DNA from: Auanema rhodensis
Lineage: Eukaryota > Animalia > Nematoda
Direction: 5' to 3'
Length of the DNA stretch: 64,000 nucleotides
Assembly (NCBI GenBank): GCA_964057225.1
Contig: OZ059895.1
Location: forward strand, 15,252,001-15,316,000
Shown one piece after another: positions 50,883 to 64,000 of this stretch. The translations under genes and the position numbers were made by a program. The notes beneath the pieces were generated by a model that was given only the letters and a program-made list of their open reading frames with translations, searched no databases and was not told the origin of the DNA. Position 1 is the first letter of the stretch, and each line of letters starts with the position of its first letter.

Positions 50883-52800
50883 TATGCTCGATCACAATAT
50901 ACAGAGAGATTTGATTGTAATCTCTTTATTAAAATAATTTTGAAAATCTAATCTCTATTGTGCGTTTAAGCTTCTTAAATACAAAATATAAAGCTAGATC
51001 TTCGATGTAAAATGAAATAATTCAGTTTGAATACTGTTTTAGAGAGAAATAATAGTCAAGCGATTAGATGGAGTAGCTTTAGCTCGGTTTGATTGAGATT
51101 AAGATTTCTCTATAACCGTATCGTTTTCTTCCGGAAATGGGTGGGGCTAATATGCTTACCATGTGCGAGAGATATCATTGTACTATGAGGGAAAAGCAGT
51201 GCAAGAGTATGATGATTTGCACAGAGTTTACAAGTGAGGTCAGACAGATTGCTTTCGAGAGGGAAAGAGATAGGGGCAGAGAGAGAGAGTCAGAAAGAGG
51301 GAGAGTGAGTAAGAGAAGAGAGAAGGAAATATAGAAAAAATGGTGAGAAACGAGGTAATGGTCGAGCTGAGGAGCCACGCAGTGACACCTATCTGTTGAC
51401 ACTTTGATGCATTCATCGGATGCAATTACGAGATCTAATAGCGCCAACGGCTTTTATTTGTAACTAATTCAAGACCTACGTAAAGATAAAGATAAAGATA
51501 CTGTTCCTCATCAACGATACTGAATACTGACACGAATGCCTGGTACGAATCGCCACCCTTCATTTGCACTTGGCACGTTCGCCTGCCAAACTGGATAATG
51601 GACCGTTGTTGGACGACGGTGTTCACGGAAGTTCACCGATAGATATCTTATTTCTTTTCTTTTGATAAAACTCTCAAAACTCTTATTGGGATGAAACATC
51701 TCTTCTCGTTGAATCCAAGTATTTCCTTGCTTAGTCATATGATCAAGCTAGTTATTAGCTCTGGATTTGGAAAAAGTATTGCGAAAAGCTTAGCAGCCTT
51801 TTCAATGATATCAGTGCGTATACTCCATTTCGAGTGTATTTCTATATAAACATGCTCAGCCATTTCATTTACTTTATGAAATCGTTAAGTACTTCAAGCT
51901 TTATATCAAAACTATACAAATTCTTTGAATTATGAGCCAAATATGAGAAAAAAAAGTTTTTTAATGAGCCAATGAGCAGCAACCGAATAAGCAGAATTTT
52001 CATTTTCAAATTAATGGACGCAATCAGCGGTTGTATTTCGACAAATATTTGAATTTCTTAAATAATCTTTATTATTTTTATTTGTTAAATATGTATTTTT
52101 CTTCTATTTAATTCTATTTAATATTCAAATATATTTAATTTTAATTTACAGTTTTGTTCAGCCAATTCTTAGAAAAACTCTAGTTCTTGAAGAAATTGAT
52201 CAAAGTTGTTGTTGAAGAAAGAGCATAAAACATTTCTTTCTTTTAAAATTTAAAAACATCAATGTATATACAAGTACTTTGCTAATTTGTTTTTTCATTT
52301 TCCATAAACTTTAAAGTTCTTGTCATTTAGCCAATAATCTTTAAACTTAGAATATTTATTTGAATTTTATAAGAGAAAAAAATATATTTTTGAATGTAAA
52401 ATGTAATGATAAATGTAAAATTTATATATATTTCTCTAATAAGTAAGCTTATAAATAGAATTTTGTACATTTTTTTCAAGATATTATAAAGAAAATATGT
52501 GTAGGAATATATCTATATGATACTTAAACTCTTGTATTTTTCCGACATGTACAGATAGAACCGGCGTTTTCGAATGAGATGTGAACATGACCAAAAATGG
52601 TGCAAAATTAATACAAAAAATGAAAGTTTTTTTTGGAAAGTGCAGTAGAACTTGAATAAGCTGCCATATTTTGAGATCAAAAAGAAAAAAAACAATATTA
52701 AGTGTAGAAAGAGAAAGAGAAAGAGAAAGATATAGAGAGAGAAAGAGAGCGCGAGATCGATAAGAATTAAGTTTCTGTTGCCATATACGTGCTGGAGCAT

Positions 52801-53135
52801 TCAACGAATCTGTTGAACTAAAACTTGAAGAGATTTAACATGAGATCTGGCTGCTTGCAGTAGACGCATACAATCATGTCGTTCAGCCATATCTGGAATT
52901 TTTTGGAGGCTTAAGCCTGATAAGTTGACAAGCTGATTACCATTAAAGAACTTGATCATATCGGTGAAATCCATATCATTATTGATGATAACATCACGAT
53001 AATTCGTTACCATTGCCAAGGCAAAGAATAAGGCAAAGTGTTGAGTGAAAGTACGAGAAGCTGACCATATCGTCTCCCAAACACGATAAGTGCTATCGTA
53101 TGATAATTCTGAAGAGAATATGATTGTAATTCACG

Positions 53136-53177
<42 letters not shown>

Positions 53178-55673
53178 TCAAGCTAAATATACCTCTCTTA
53201 AAATCTAATAAGAACCATCGATAACTGAAATATAAATGAGTAAAATCATCTGATGATGTCAATCGAGTATATATAGCGCTGTCTACCACCTGCAAATATT
53301 TATAATTCAGTATGATGATGATGATGATGTAAGATTTAAAAACTTCAGAAGCTTATGAAGTACACATTACCTGTAGAAGAGCTCGAAGATTCGATAAACA
53401 TTGATCCATTCCGTTTCTTTGTGGAAAATTATCTCTAAGTCTTTCCATAATTATTGTGAAACATTCAAGAGATAAAGCTTCTGAAATTTCATTAGAAATT
53501 AGCTTTTCAATTCAATTTTTGAATCAAAAAATCACTTACCATCTTCAAAAATGACTAAGAGTGGCGCTAAGATATCACACATACCCTGAATATATCCTTC
53601 TTCTAAATTTCTTCGAACATACGTACACATGACTCGTCTGAAAATACAATTCAGAAGATGATGTTGGTTGATGTGTGTGCTGTATGTGCTACGTACCGAA
53701 GACTTTCTAGGTTTTCCTTGTTGGAGAAGAAAATAAGATTACGATCACATCGTTCAACATCCTTATCAATTCGATGTAAATTTGTTCCAAATTGAGCTAA
53801 AATCACATCTTCTTCTTTAGGTTTCTCCTGAATTATCAGTTGACATATATAGATTACGAAGAAGATGATGTAAACATACTGGCTCGATTTCTTCCGGCTT
53901 ATCCTCCTCGAACACATCGCTCATAATGGAATCATCCTTAGGAATTGGAGAATTTTTTCGATGACGAGCTTAAGACGAAAATTCATATCCGTCGTTATAA
54001 CTTCAGATCATACCTGCTATGAAGGCTTCCTCATCGCGTCGTCGTACCTCAGCTTCCAGCACACGCCACTGCTCCACATCCTCTCTACAACCATTTGTCA
54101 AACAACGTAATGAGAAAGGAAACGACAACAACAAACCTGTATCTGGCAGTAAATTGGGACGTTTTGGGCTCCGTTGATTCCTGCCAATCAAAGAGTTTGA
54201 GTAAATATGGCCAGGCCTGAAAAGAATATTGTAATGAGTTTTCTGGGCTGAGAAATTCGAAAGAGAGACCTGTCTGCGAAGCTCCTTAGGATTTGATCCC
54301 TCGATTCCCTTCGAGTAAACACGTAGAAGGAATTCCTCTTCCAATTCCGGCTAAACGACATTCACATTGGGGAGGCAAATTCATTGGATGAAGATGAAGC
54401 TAATCAAATGACTTACAGTTCGTTCCGTACGACATACTTTCCAGAAAGCATCATCAACCGGCTGTAACTCCGTGTCATTTTCCATTTGACGAGTATTAAC
54501 CAAGTAAAGTAAATGCTCACGAATCGTTCGAAGATGTCGACAGTATGTCAACCCTGAAAAACGCTTCCACTACTTAATATTTTATTTTGAGAAGAAATGA
54601 AGTGAATTTGAAATCAGCTTCAGTTTTGCATGGAATGCATGGGATTACAAGGGAATGTGAAATGAACAAGTAACTTACAACCAGTAAAAGCTCTTTTCAG
54701 AATTTCATGACGCACAGATTGACATGCTCGATCAAGTTGTAAGCTGAAATTAAAGTTTTGAACAGCCGATATAGGAAATGAGTATGAAATTGGAAAAAAG
54801 TAAGGATAGATGTTTATAAAGAGAATAATATTGTTAGAACGAACTTGACCAGATTTTCCACGTTGTTCTTGATGTAAGGCGAATTAGGCAATGATTGACT
54901 GTAATGTATAACTTCTTGTTCAATTTTTCGATAATTTTCAACAAAATATAACTTAGGAGAAGAAAAAGAGGACAAGTTCAGCAAAAAACAATAACAAACT
55001 CTTCACAAACACAGGAAATAAGTACTGACTGAATATATTACACAAGCTTCACGAGTAGCAGTAACGTACCATTCATTTTCTATGAAAGCTGTCGGTGACG
55101 GTAATTCTGGTGATGGTATCGGATCTTTTCCAGATGTACGAACTATACGAAATACTAAATCCATGATGGCTACCGGAGCTGTTACTGCTGTCGATCGCTT
55201 TCGTAATCTGGGCAGCATTTTTTCTGCAAAAAAAAAAGATGAGAAGAAGAAGAAGAAGACGCAGAAGAAGAAGCAGAAGAAGGAAGTATAATTTGATTAT
55301 CAGATTAGCTAACTAACCGGATCCGTTTCCTGTCCACAATGGTGGTTCTAAACGAAGTAATGGAGCCAATCCGCTTTCCAGCGACGTCAAGAATGTCAAC
55401 GCGTGTTGCCCAGCCGGCAGCTGAAGGGGAGGCGACTGCACGCCCTCACAGTCAACAAACGATAACGTACATTCTGAATTTTCATCTGAAATGGAAAGAA
55501 AACAGATATGAGAAACAACAACATACATAGAATTGAACAGACAGATAGACAGACAGACAAACAGAATATTGAATCATATGTATTCTTAGATTAAAGAACA
55601 ACAAAAAGGAAGTTATAAAGAAAATCTTGAATGAATTAACTTTTCCTTTACTTTCACTTTCACTCGCTTCCCC

Positions 55674-55739
<66 letters not shown>

Positions 55740-56459
55740 GCTCTCAGCTGTTGGTCCAGTTGCACATGTGTGATGGTAGCTTGATAAGACATATTACTGC
55801 TACTAAGTTAATCGTGATTCTATCTGTTTTTCAAATCTCAGATATGTCCAATGCAAATGATTTCAAGCTTAGCTCTTCGAGTTTGCGTATATTCGTGAAA
55901 AACTTGATAGCATGTAGAGTTGAAACAATGGAGATACGAATGAGAACATGTTCCCTTTTTTTCAATTTCAATAACATCTTTTGTATAAAATTTTTGAATC
56001 GATTTATATTATAACTATATGTATAGTATAGCATATTTACTTATATATATAAGCTGAAACAAGAATAACATCATCATGATCCAATACATGTTAGTAAGCA
56101 CTGGAAGACAGTACAAGAGAGTTGAAACCATAACTTTCAACTAGACTTTCAACTGTTTTATTTTTCCTTTTCGTATACTAAAGCTAAAATGAAAGTAGAA
56201 GCCCATTTTAATACATATTGTTGTATATATGTTCTGAAGATTGCTAACAATATCGTATAAATTACTGAAAAAATGCATAAAAAGATGCTTCTATATCCCT
56301 TCTCTTACTCATGATCGAATATTCTACGGAAGATGAAAAGCTTCAGTACGGAACGTTCAAGAATATTAGATGTTGAGGGCAAAATTCAAAAATTGAAAAA
56401 GGCACAAGACTACTTCAGCATAAAGACTATTTCGTTTTCTAAGTTTTATTGAGGAATAT

Positions 56460-56521
<62 letters not shown>

Positions 56522-57680
56522 TTTAAAACTAAGATTAGTACCTCTTTGATGAAGATGAATGTAAATAATATCATTGATGTCAATGCTAATGGCATGTTTC
56601 CACAACCACTGTTCATCTTTATCACGTACAGCAGCTGATGATGGCTGTGAGCTATAATTAATATAAAAAATTATAAAGCTTAACTATATATGTGCTTGAA
56701 TATAATTGAAAATAAAATGAATGAAAAACAATTATCTTCAACATAGCTCTTACCTGGCATGCATTAGCTGATTTGGTGTCCATTTCAATGATAGTTGTCC
56801 ATCATGACTCTTATGTAAAGACAAATAACCTATAAATATTCAAAATTTATAATAAAACATATAGTTAAGAAGAATTAATATTAGATGATGCAACCGTTTT
56901 TCATAATAATTTCATTGAAAATAAATAAAAATTAGTTTTTCACGTACTCACGTGCCTTGCTTCACGTACTCATGTGCCTTGCTTCACGTACTCACGTGCT
57001 TTGCTTCACGTACTCACGTGCTTTGCTTCACGTACTCACGTGCCTTGCTTCACGTACTCATGTGCCTTGCTTCACGTACTCATGTGCCTTGCTTCACGTA
57101 CTCATGTGCCTTGCTTTACATACTCACGTGCTTTGCTTCACGTACTCACGTGCCTTGCTTTAGGTGTATATGCTAATGCACATTCACGATATTGTTTTCA
57201 AATCTGAAGAAGTACTCCAATTCTTCGAATTATTTTGGTAAGATGCCAAGAGTTTCTTGCCTAGCTTGCTTGGTTGCAAAAAATAAAAAAAAACGAATTT
57301 GTCGAACAAACAAAAAAATTGCTAAATTGGGAAGGATAACGTGGAGAATATTAAAGTAAAAGCATCATCCGTTATTATGAAAAACACAAAAAATAAAAGT
57401 TTTATTTTTGAAATTCAATAGGAGGTTATTAGCCAAATAAAGAAATGATATTCATAGAGGAAGAAGGTGGGGAGGGAGGGAGGAGAGGGAGGGGAAAGAG
57501 TGAGGAAAGAGTTTTCTAGGGTATTTCCTATATGTTTAAACTTTTCTTTCTTTTGATTTTTGCAAAAAAAAAAAAGGAGAAGAAGGAGAAGAAAGAAAGA
57601 CTGACTAATCAAGCAAAAAAAAATTGAATTTTAATGAAGAAAAAATACTTTTTAGCTCTCAAATGCCCAAAAGATATACT

Positions 57681-57730
<50 letters not shown>

Positions 57731-58078
57731 GATGTGTGTGAGTGTGTGGCTTTCACTTGATGTGGAAGCTAAAAAGCAACAACATAGCCTATTATAAAGC
57801 TTTAAATTCAGATAAACTGTGTACGTGTGTGTGTGTGTATGTATGTATATACATCAGATTATATGAGTATCTGAATATGAATGTGTTGTATGCTGAGTAT
57901 GTAGACGTGAGTGTGTCAGATGTAGGATGAGATGTGTAAAATAAGAAGAAATGAAGCTTCGATATGTATATATGAAGATTCTCAATTAGTCGTCAGTCAG
58001 GCAGAAAATTAAGATAATAAGTAGAAGTGAAGGAAAACTCGTTTGATGATGTATGTATGTGTAAGTTGAGTAGAAGCG

Positions 58079-58110
<32 letters not shown>

Positions 58111-59570
58111 TTGATGTGCTTCATAAGCTTATAACATCAAACAGACGACACATGTATATACTCATGTATGTATATCTTTTTACGCACAAAATTCATTTCA
58201 AACAATGATCAAAACCCTAAAATGCTCGTTCATTTGCAGTTGTCAGAATAGAAAAAGCATTACCGAAAAAGCCTTTTAATGCTGCACTTTGAGCTGTTAA
58301 TGTTTGCTCAAAGTCAAATTAGAATATGACGTTTGGTATCTAAACTTATTCGAATACTTCATGAAGCATACAAGGACAGACACATGTGCTCTTTTAGTCT
58401 TTTTCAATCTCTCTTTGTAACTTTTCAACGATTTTAACTTGTTTGAAAATCAAGTCTCGACATACTCGAAGAGAGAGAGAGAGACAGAGAGAGAGGGACA
58501 GAGAGAAAGAGGAGAGAGGGAGGAGGGGAGGAGTAAGTGAGTGGGTGAACGAAAATTTTTTTTCCTAATTACAACAGAGAAAAATCCCTGGTGGCAAGAC
58601 TTTCCAACAAAACATTACGATTCGAAAATGGAAAAAATGGGTTAAAGGCTGGATGATTGATGCTTTGAAACTCGACTTAAAGAAATGCCGGAAGAAAATA
58701 AAAGATCTCATATCAGGAATATCAACCGGAAAATCAGGTTGATTCAAATATTCAGAATATGCTCCAACTAATTCAGTAAACTAAAGAAAAGCTCAACGAA
58801 CCTTTAACTGGAACTTCGTTTTCCTTGCTGGCTAAACAGACGTTATTCTTTCCATATAGAAGAGAAGATTTGAAGTTGTGATGAAGCGAATAGACATAAT
58901 CTCTGCTACTAACGGATGAGGAACGGTGATCCACTGACGAACCAACTATGCTACTACATTGGCGCTGCATCTAAAGATTGGCTCTAAGCTATATTGGCCA
59001 AGTTTAGGATGTAAACCAACCTGAAGGGGAGGGCGAGACGTAGATGTCGACGAACTGCTGGCTATGGAGCTGACAGATGAGATACCACGTCGATCACACA
59101 TCTCTTCAGCTGATGGCTCACACGGTTCTGCCATCGACATTCTCTTATATGTCACAGCGCATGGACCAACTGTAGATGAATAGATTGAAAAGAAACAGAT
59201 TCAAAATCTCAATGAAGATGAGGATAAAGGCGAAGAAAAGAAAAGAAATGACTGGCTGGTTGGCTGGCTGGCTGGCTGACTGACTGACTCGCTGGCTAGC
59301 CTCCGAAGGAACAAAAGATCATGACAAGACCAAAATTGCTATGACTATCCTTTCTCAACACAACTTGACTTGAGCCTTTTGTCTACGAGCTTCAACACAA
59401 AATGATTGTAAGGCTGTGCATACGACGACACGTGGTTTTTGGCCAAGATCTTGGGACAAGTTCAGCATGCATAAGTTTTGAAGTGAAGCTATTTACAGCT
59501 TTTTTCAATGAGGTTGGTCAGAGCTAATGAGAATATATCACGCCCCAAAACGAAAATGGGAATCGCACAT

Positions 59571-59601
<31 letters not shown>

Positions 59602-60310
59602 GAGATAGACAGAGAAAGAAGAAATAAACAACAGATGAGAGAAATGCAGAGTTGTTGCACATACGACCACCACCACCACCACCGAACACACACACACACA
59701 TGATCCCGCGAGTAATTTGGAAATCTGACGAGATCTCAATAAGAATTTATAACTCATTCAAAATAAATATCAACAATATGAGTTAGAATTACGAGAGATT
59801 GGGGCGAAGAGCAAACGGAAACAGCCTAATCTCCGGTTAGTTTAGGCAGTTTACAACATGAAGATGAGATATGAATTCATGACCAAGAAGCTTGGTGTCG
59901 GAGAGAAAGAGGCAGAGAGAGAGTAGGGGAGACAGAGATGGAGAGAGGGAAGGAGAGAGAGAGAGATGGAGAAGACCAAAAAAGGGAGAGAATGAAGAAG
60001 TATGAGAGCAAGAATTGAAATATGAAAAAGGAAATTATTTGAATGTTAAACCTGAGACCAACATACGGTCTACTGAAGCACAAACTGGAGAAGCCTGCAG
60101 AATAGGAAAGCATTCATTGATGAGATGAAAACGAAAAGACGAAAAAAAGAAAGAAGAGAAACAAGCTATATTAGGTTTTCAATAGACAGCCTAAGCTGCA
60201 TGTTGTTTGTTGCAGAGTTGTCGAAACATTCACACATATCAACAACAACAACAATAACAAATGAAAAGCCACGTGTGGAAATTGGAAATGAAGAGAAACA
60301 AAAACCATTT

Positions 60311-60349
<39 letters not shown>

Positions 60350-60802
60350 AGACACACGAAGAAAAAGAAGAGCAAAGACGGAAGGACAACAAGCAGCTCA
60401 GAAAATAGAGAGATTGGCTTTTGAAATGGAAATTGTGAATATTTCGACGTTCTCATGGCATTGCAGAAAACAGAGAGCAAATCGGAGAAACTATATCCGG
60501 TCAGAAGAGAATGGATTTGAAAAAAAAATGCAAATGAAGGAAAATTGAATAAGAGTAAGAGACATGGGTTGTAAAAGACATTTTAAGGAATCAAATGTGT
60601 GAACAAGTTTGACAAAGCTTAAAAGGAAAATAGAATATTCAGAAGGTTTTCTCTCGATTTAATACGAATTCGTTATGAAGTAGCAGATTAATCAGGCTTT
60701 TCTCATTCGAAAAATTCAAACACAAAAATGGAATTGGTTGTAATTAACTAAAAAAAGAAAGATAGAAAAAGCAACTACAACAAGAATAAATTACATTTAT
60801 GA

Positions 60803-60872
<70 letters not shown>

Positions 60873-61346
60873 GACGGAAGGCTTCGAAAAGAAAGGGGAC
60901 CAAATCGGAATATTTCAGATCTCATGATGTGGGTCGACTTGGCTGCGCCCATTACTGAAGCCATGATATGGCATTGGGTCTTCGAATAGCCATATTTGGA
61001 TATGGAATAAATGAAGAAATGAGCGTATTCAGCTTATACAGACAACCTTCTACTCTTGAAACAACTCAGCAGCATGCTCTGCTTCTCCTACGGCTTATTC
61101 AGCCTGAAGGGCATTTGTGGTCTCGTATTGATTGGCAGAAGGCCAAACGGAGACGACGGATATAGGAGACGAAAGAGAGAAAGAGAGACTAAAAGAAAGA
61201 TAGAGGTGGCAAATGAGTGCATATTCTCTCTCTATCGTCTTTCTCCTTTTAGAGTAAACGGAGACTGAGCTCGAAAAATGAATTCTGTTACAAAGTGGAC
61301 CAACGCTCACAACCATGAGACGATGAGAGATAAAGATATAGAGTGA

Positions 61347-61410
<64 letters not shown>

Positions 61411-61834
61411 CTTCAAAATTCTTTTTTTTGCTGTTGTTGTCATCTGGAATGATCTCAAAGAGAACTAGCTTCAAGATGATGAAAGTTGTGGGTGATTGTG
61501 ATGGTGGGAGAATCACACTGGTCATAAGCTGAACGAAGAAAAGCAAGAGAGAGAGAGAGAGAGAGAGAGAGAGTAACTGAAGGGATTTTCTAATCAGTTT
61601 TTCAGAGTAACTGCTCCATATCCGTTTCTTTAGTATATCAAAGACCTACAGATTTTAGATGAATGGAAAATTAAAAAATTCGAACAGATTATACTAGCTA
61701 GCTTCATCGAAAATTCGGTTTAAAACCGAATGACACAAAGCTCATTACCAGTAAGAATTTAGTTCCTTTTTTTGTATTTGCCTTCAACATCTTCCCTTTC
61801 CTCCCTCCTCTCTTTCTCTCTAACTCTTTATTTC

Positions 61835-61887
<53 letters not shown>

Positions 61888-62475
61888 TCCTCTCTTTATT
61901 CTTTTTGCGCTCATTTTTAACTCTCAAAGCGATAAACCAACAATAGAATTTGAAGCAAAAAAATTGTCCATGAAGCAAAATACAATATGATTTCGTTATT
62001 TGACTCTAGCAGTAGCTGGGCAATGATATGCCAGCTTTAGCCTCTAACGTAGTGCAGGAAGTGAAAATAATTCAGACAGAGAGAGAGAGAGAAAGAAAGA
62101 GAGAGCATTCGTTGCTGGACGACAACGTCAACGATGCCAGCAACGTCGACAACGTAAGATGAGGGGTAAGGCGTCATCACAACGTTTGAGTTTCGTTGTC
62201 GACGTCGACGACGATGGCAATGACGTCGGCATAAGAGATCAAGTAAAACACATGGCAGATTAAAGGAGTGAAAGTAATAGGATAACATTCATGACAGCAA
62301 CAAGTTCAAAATTGAAAAATATAAAACTAACGAAGTAAAGCAGCAACCATTCCACCTTTTGATCTATCCATCATCAATGCAGACGGATCATAAAGTCGGC
62401 TGACACTGAAAACAATGAATGGCGATTAGGATATATCAAACTGAATAGAACAGTCTCTCTTTCTCTCTCATCTAA

Positions 62476-62537
<62 letters not shown>

Positions 62538-62876
62538 TCCTTCCTTCTCTCTCATCATCATGAGTTTCGAAAACCTTTTATGTGTTGTTAGATATACTAC
62601 GATATCATGTAGAATACGCATGTGTAGTGCTTCACGAATCCAAGTAAGATGATGTTTAGTGCCCGGCCTACAAAATCCGTTGAAGTTTCTTTTAATTCAG
62701 CTTTTCCTTGTCTCAACTTACATTTGAGGATTCAGCTCATTCATTTTAGCTAACACACGTTCAGCCTGAGGGCATTTTTTACTAGCTGTATGAAGAAGAG
62801 CGAGAGATGTTTGAGTGCCAAATATTCCGAGAAGCCGACGTCGTAAACCGTCCATCAAACATGATTCGATTGCAGC
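52801..62876 (-). CDS. tbc-8: RUN + TBC domain Rab-GAP (SGSM1/2 family); 5' exons not found, probably beyond the window
   Basis: RUN exons at 62333-62876 read [23 protein letters not shown] and ALLLGPCA. The TBC domain has [30 protein letters not shown] and [15 protein letters not shown]. Confidence 0.85.
56941..57160. repeat. Intronic 22-bp minisatellite, about 10 copies (CACGTACTCA[C/T]GTGC[C/T]TTGCTT)
   Basis: Units start every 22 nt from 56941 to 57139. Confidence 0.95.
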
Positions 62877-62973
62877 TGAAATTTCAATAAACGATTATGA
62901 AAACAAGGTGAATATGAGATTATAAATAGAAATTGAGTTTGGATAAGATTCATTTTCACTTACGTTTCATCTC

Positions 62974-63236
<263 letters not shown>

Positions 63237-64000
63237 GAGAGCAATAAGGCATAAAATATATTTTTCCCTGTTATAACTATCAATTAGGATATGCCATCAA
63301 GAGCTATCATGAAACTCAAAGTCTAAATATCAATTTTGAGATATAATTACGTAATTGATCACATATTAGCATATACTATATCCAACTAATATATGATTCA
63401 CGTGAAATGCGTGGCACACGTGAAATACGTGGTACACACGTGATATATCGTATTTCCAATTTACGAGAGTACAGTAAGCGGTTGCATTCAAACTTGCCCT
63501 CATTTCAAATAATAATAATAATAATAATAATCTGATAATATTAATTAAAAAATAAAATAAAATAAGTTAACTATGCACAATAGTTATTATAGTATAATAT
63601 TACAGTTTTTGTTTGTGTTAACTATACGTATAACTATATGTATATATTAAAATTTTAAAAAATATTTTTATTATTATTTGTCAATATTTTCTTCTTTTTT
63701 TTTTTTTAAATTTAATGATCTGTATGAATTGAAAAGTTGTCTCTTCATACTCACTACCTATAACTATACACATATTTTGATTATAAAAATATAAATATAT
63801 AGATATATTGCATCAGAATCAATTGTATATTACAAACTAAAAGATGAAAAACAAATTTATATATATATATATTAAGCATATAATTTATAAGAAAAAGATA
63901 GATATACTATATAAAGAAAACAAAAAATAATATTTTTCTGATCATAATACATGTATCCATCGCCTCCCTCCTAACCGCCACCCTCCCTTCCTCCCTCCAG

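Noticed and set aside
56941-57207. CRISPR-like array or repetitive Cys/His-rich ORFs
   Set aside because: The units are head-to-tail with no unique spacers, no cas genes are present and the context is a eukaryotic intron. The ORFs are by-products of the repeat.

Overview
This is AT-rich eukaryotic genomic DNA from a rhabditid (clade V) nematode, with compact introns of about 45 nt and TTTCAG-type acceptors; the species cannot be determined from the sequence. Host genes from left to right: a GT11 alpha-1,2-fucosyltransferase, four secreted multi-ShKT genes interspersed with a C-type lectin/mucin-repeat/CUB gene, calnexin, a probable PDK1-like kinase > mrpl-30 operon, a Cys-loop ligand-gated channel, tRNA-Thr(AGT), two large tandem Kunitz/Lustrin matrix genes, and most of the RUN-TBC gene tbc-8. 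The standout is a 3.6-kb composite at 4839-8425 bounded by 39-bp inverted repeats. It holds a Maverick/Polinton-type adenain protease fragment missing from the ORF track, two broken mariner transposases, an intronless orphan ORF with three PxY motifs, and a GC-richer spliced trypsin-like protease with no signal peptide that resembles Maverick-borne wosp cargo. Its right junction is a patchwork that includes an exact 26-nt copy of the neighbouring ShKT exon. Gene models were assembled by eye, and family calls rest on motif recognition rather than database searches.
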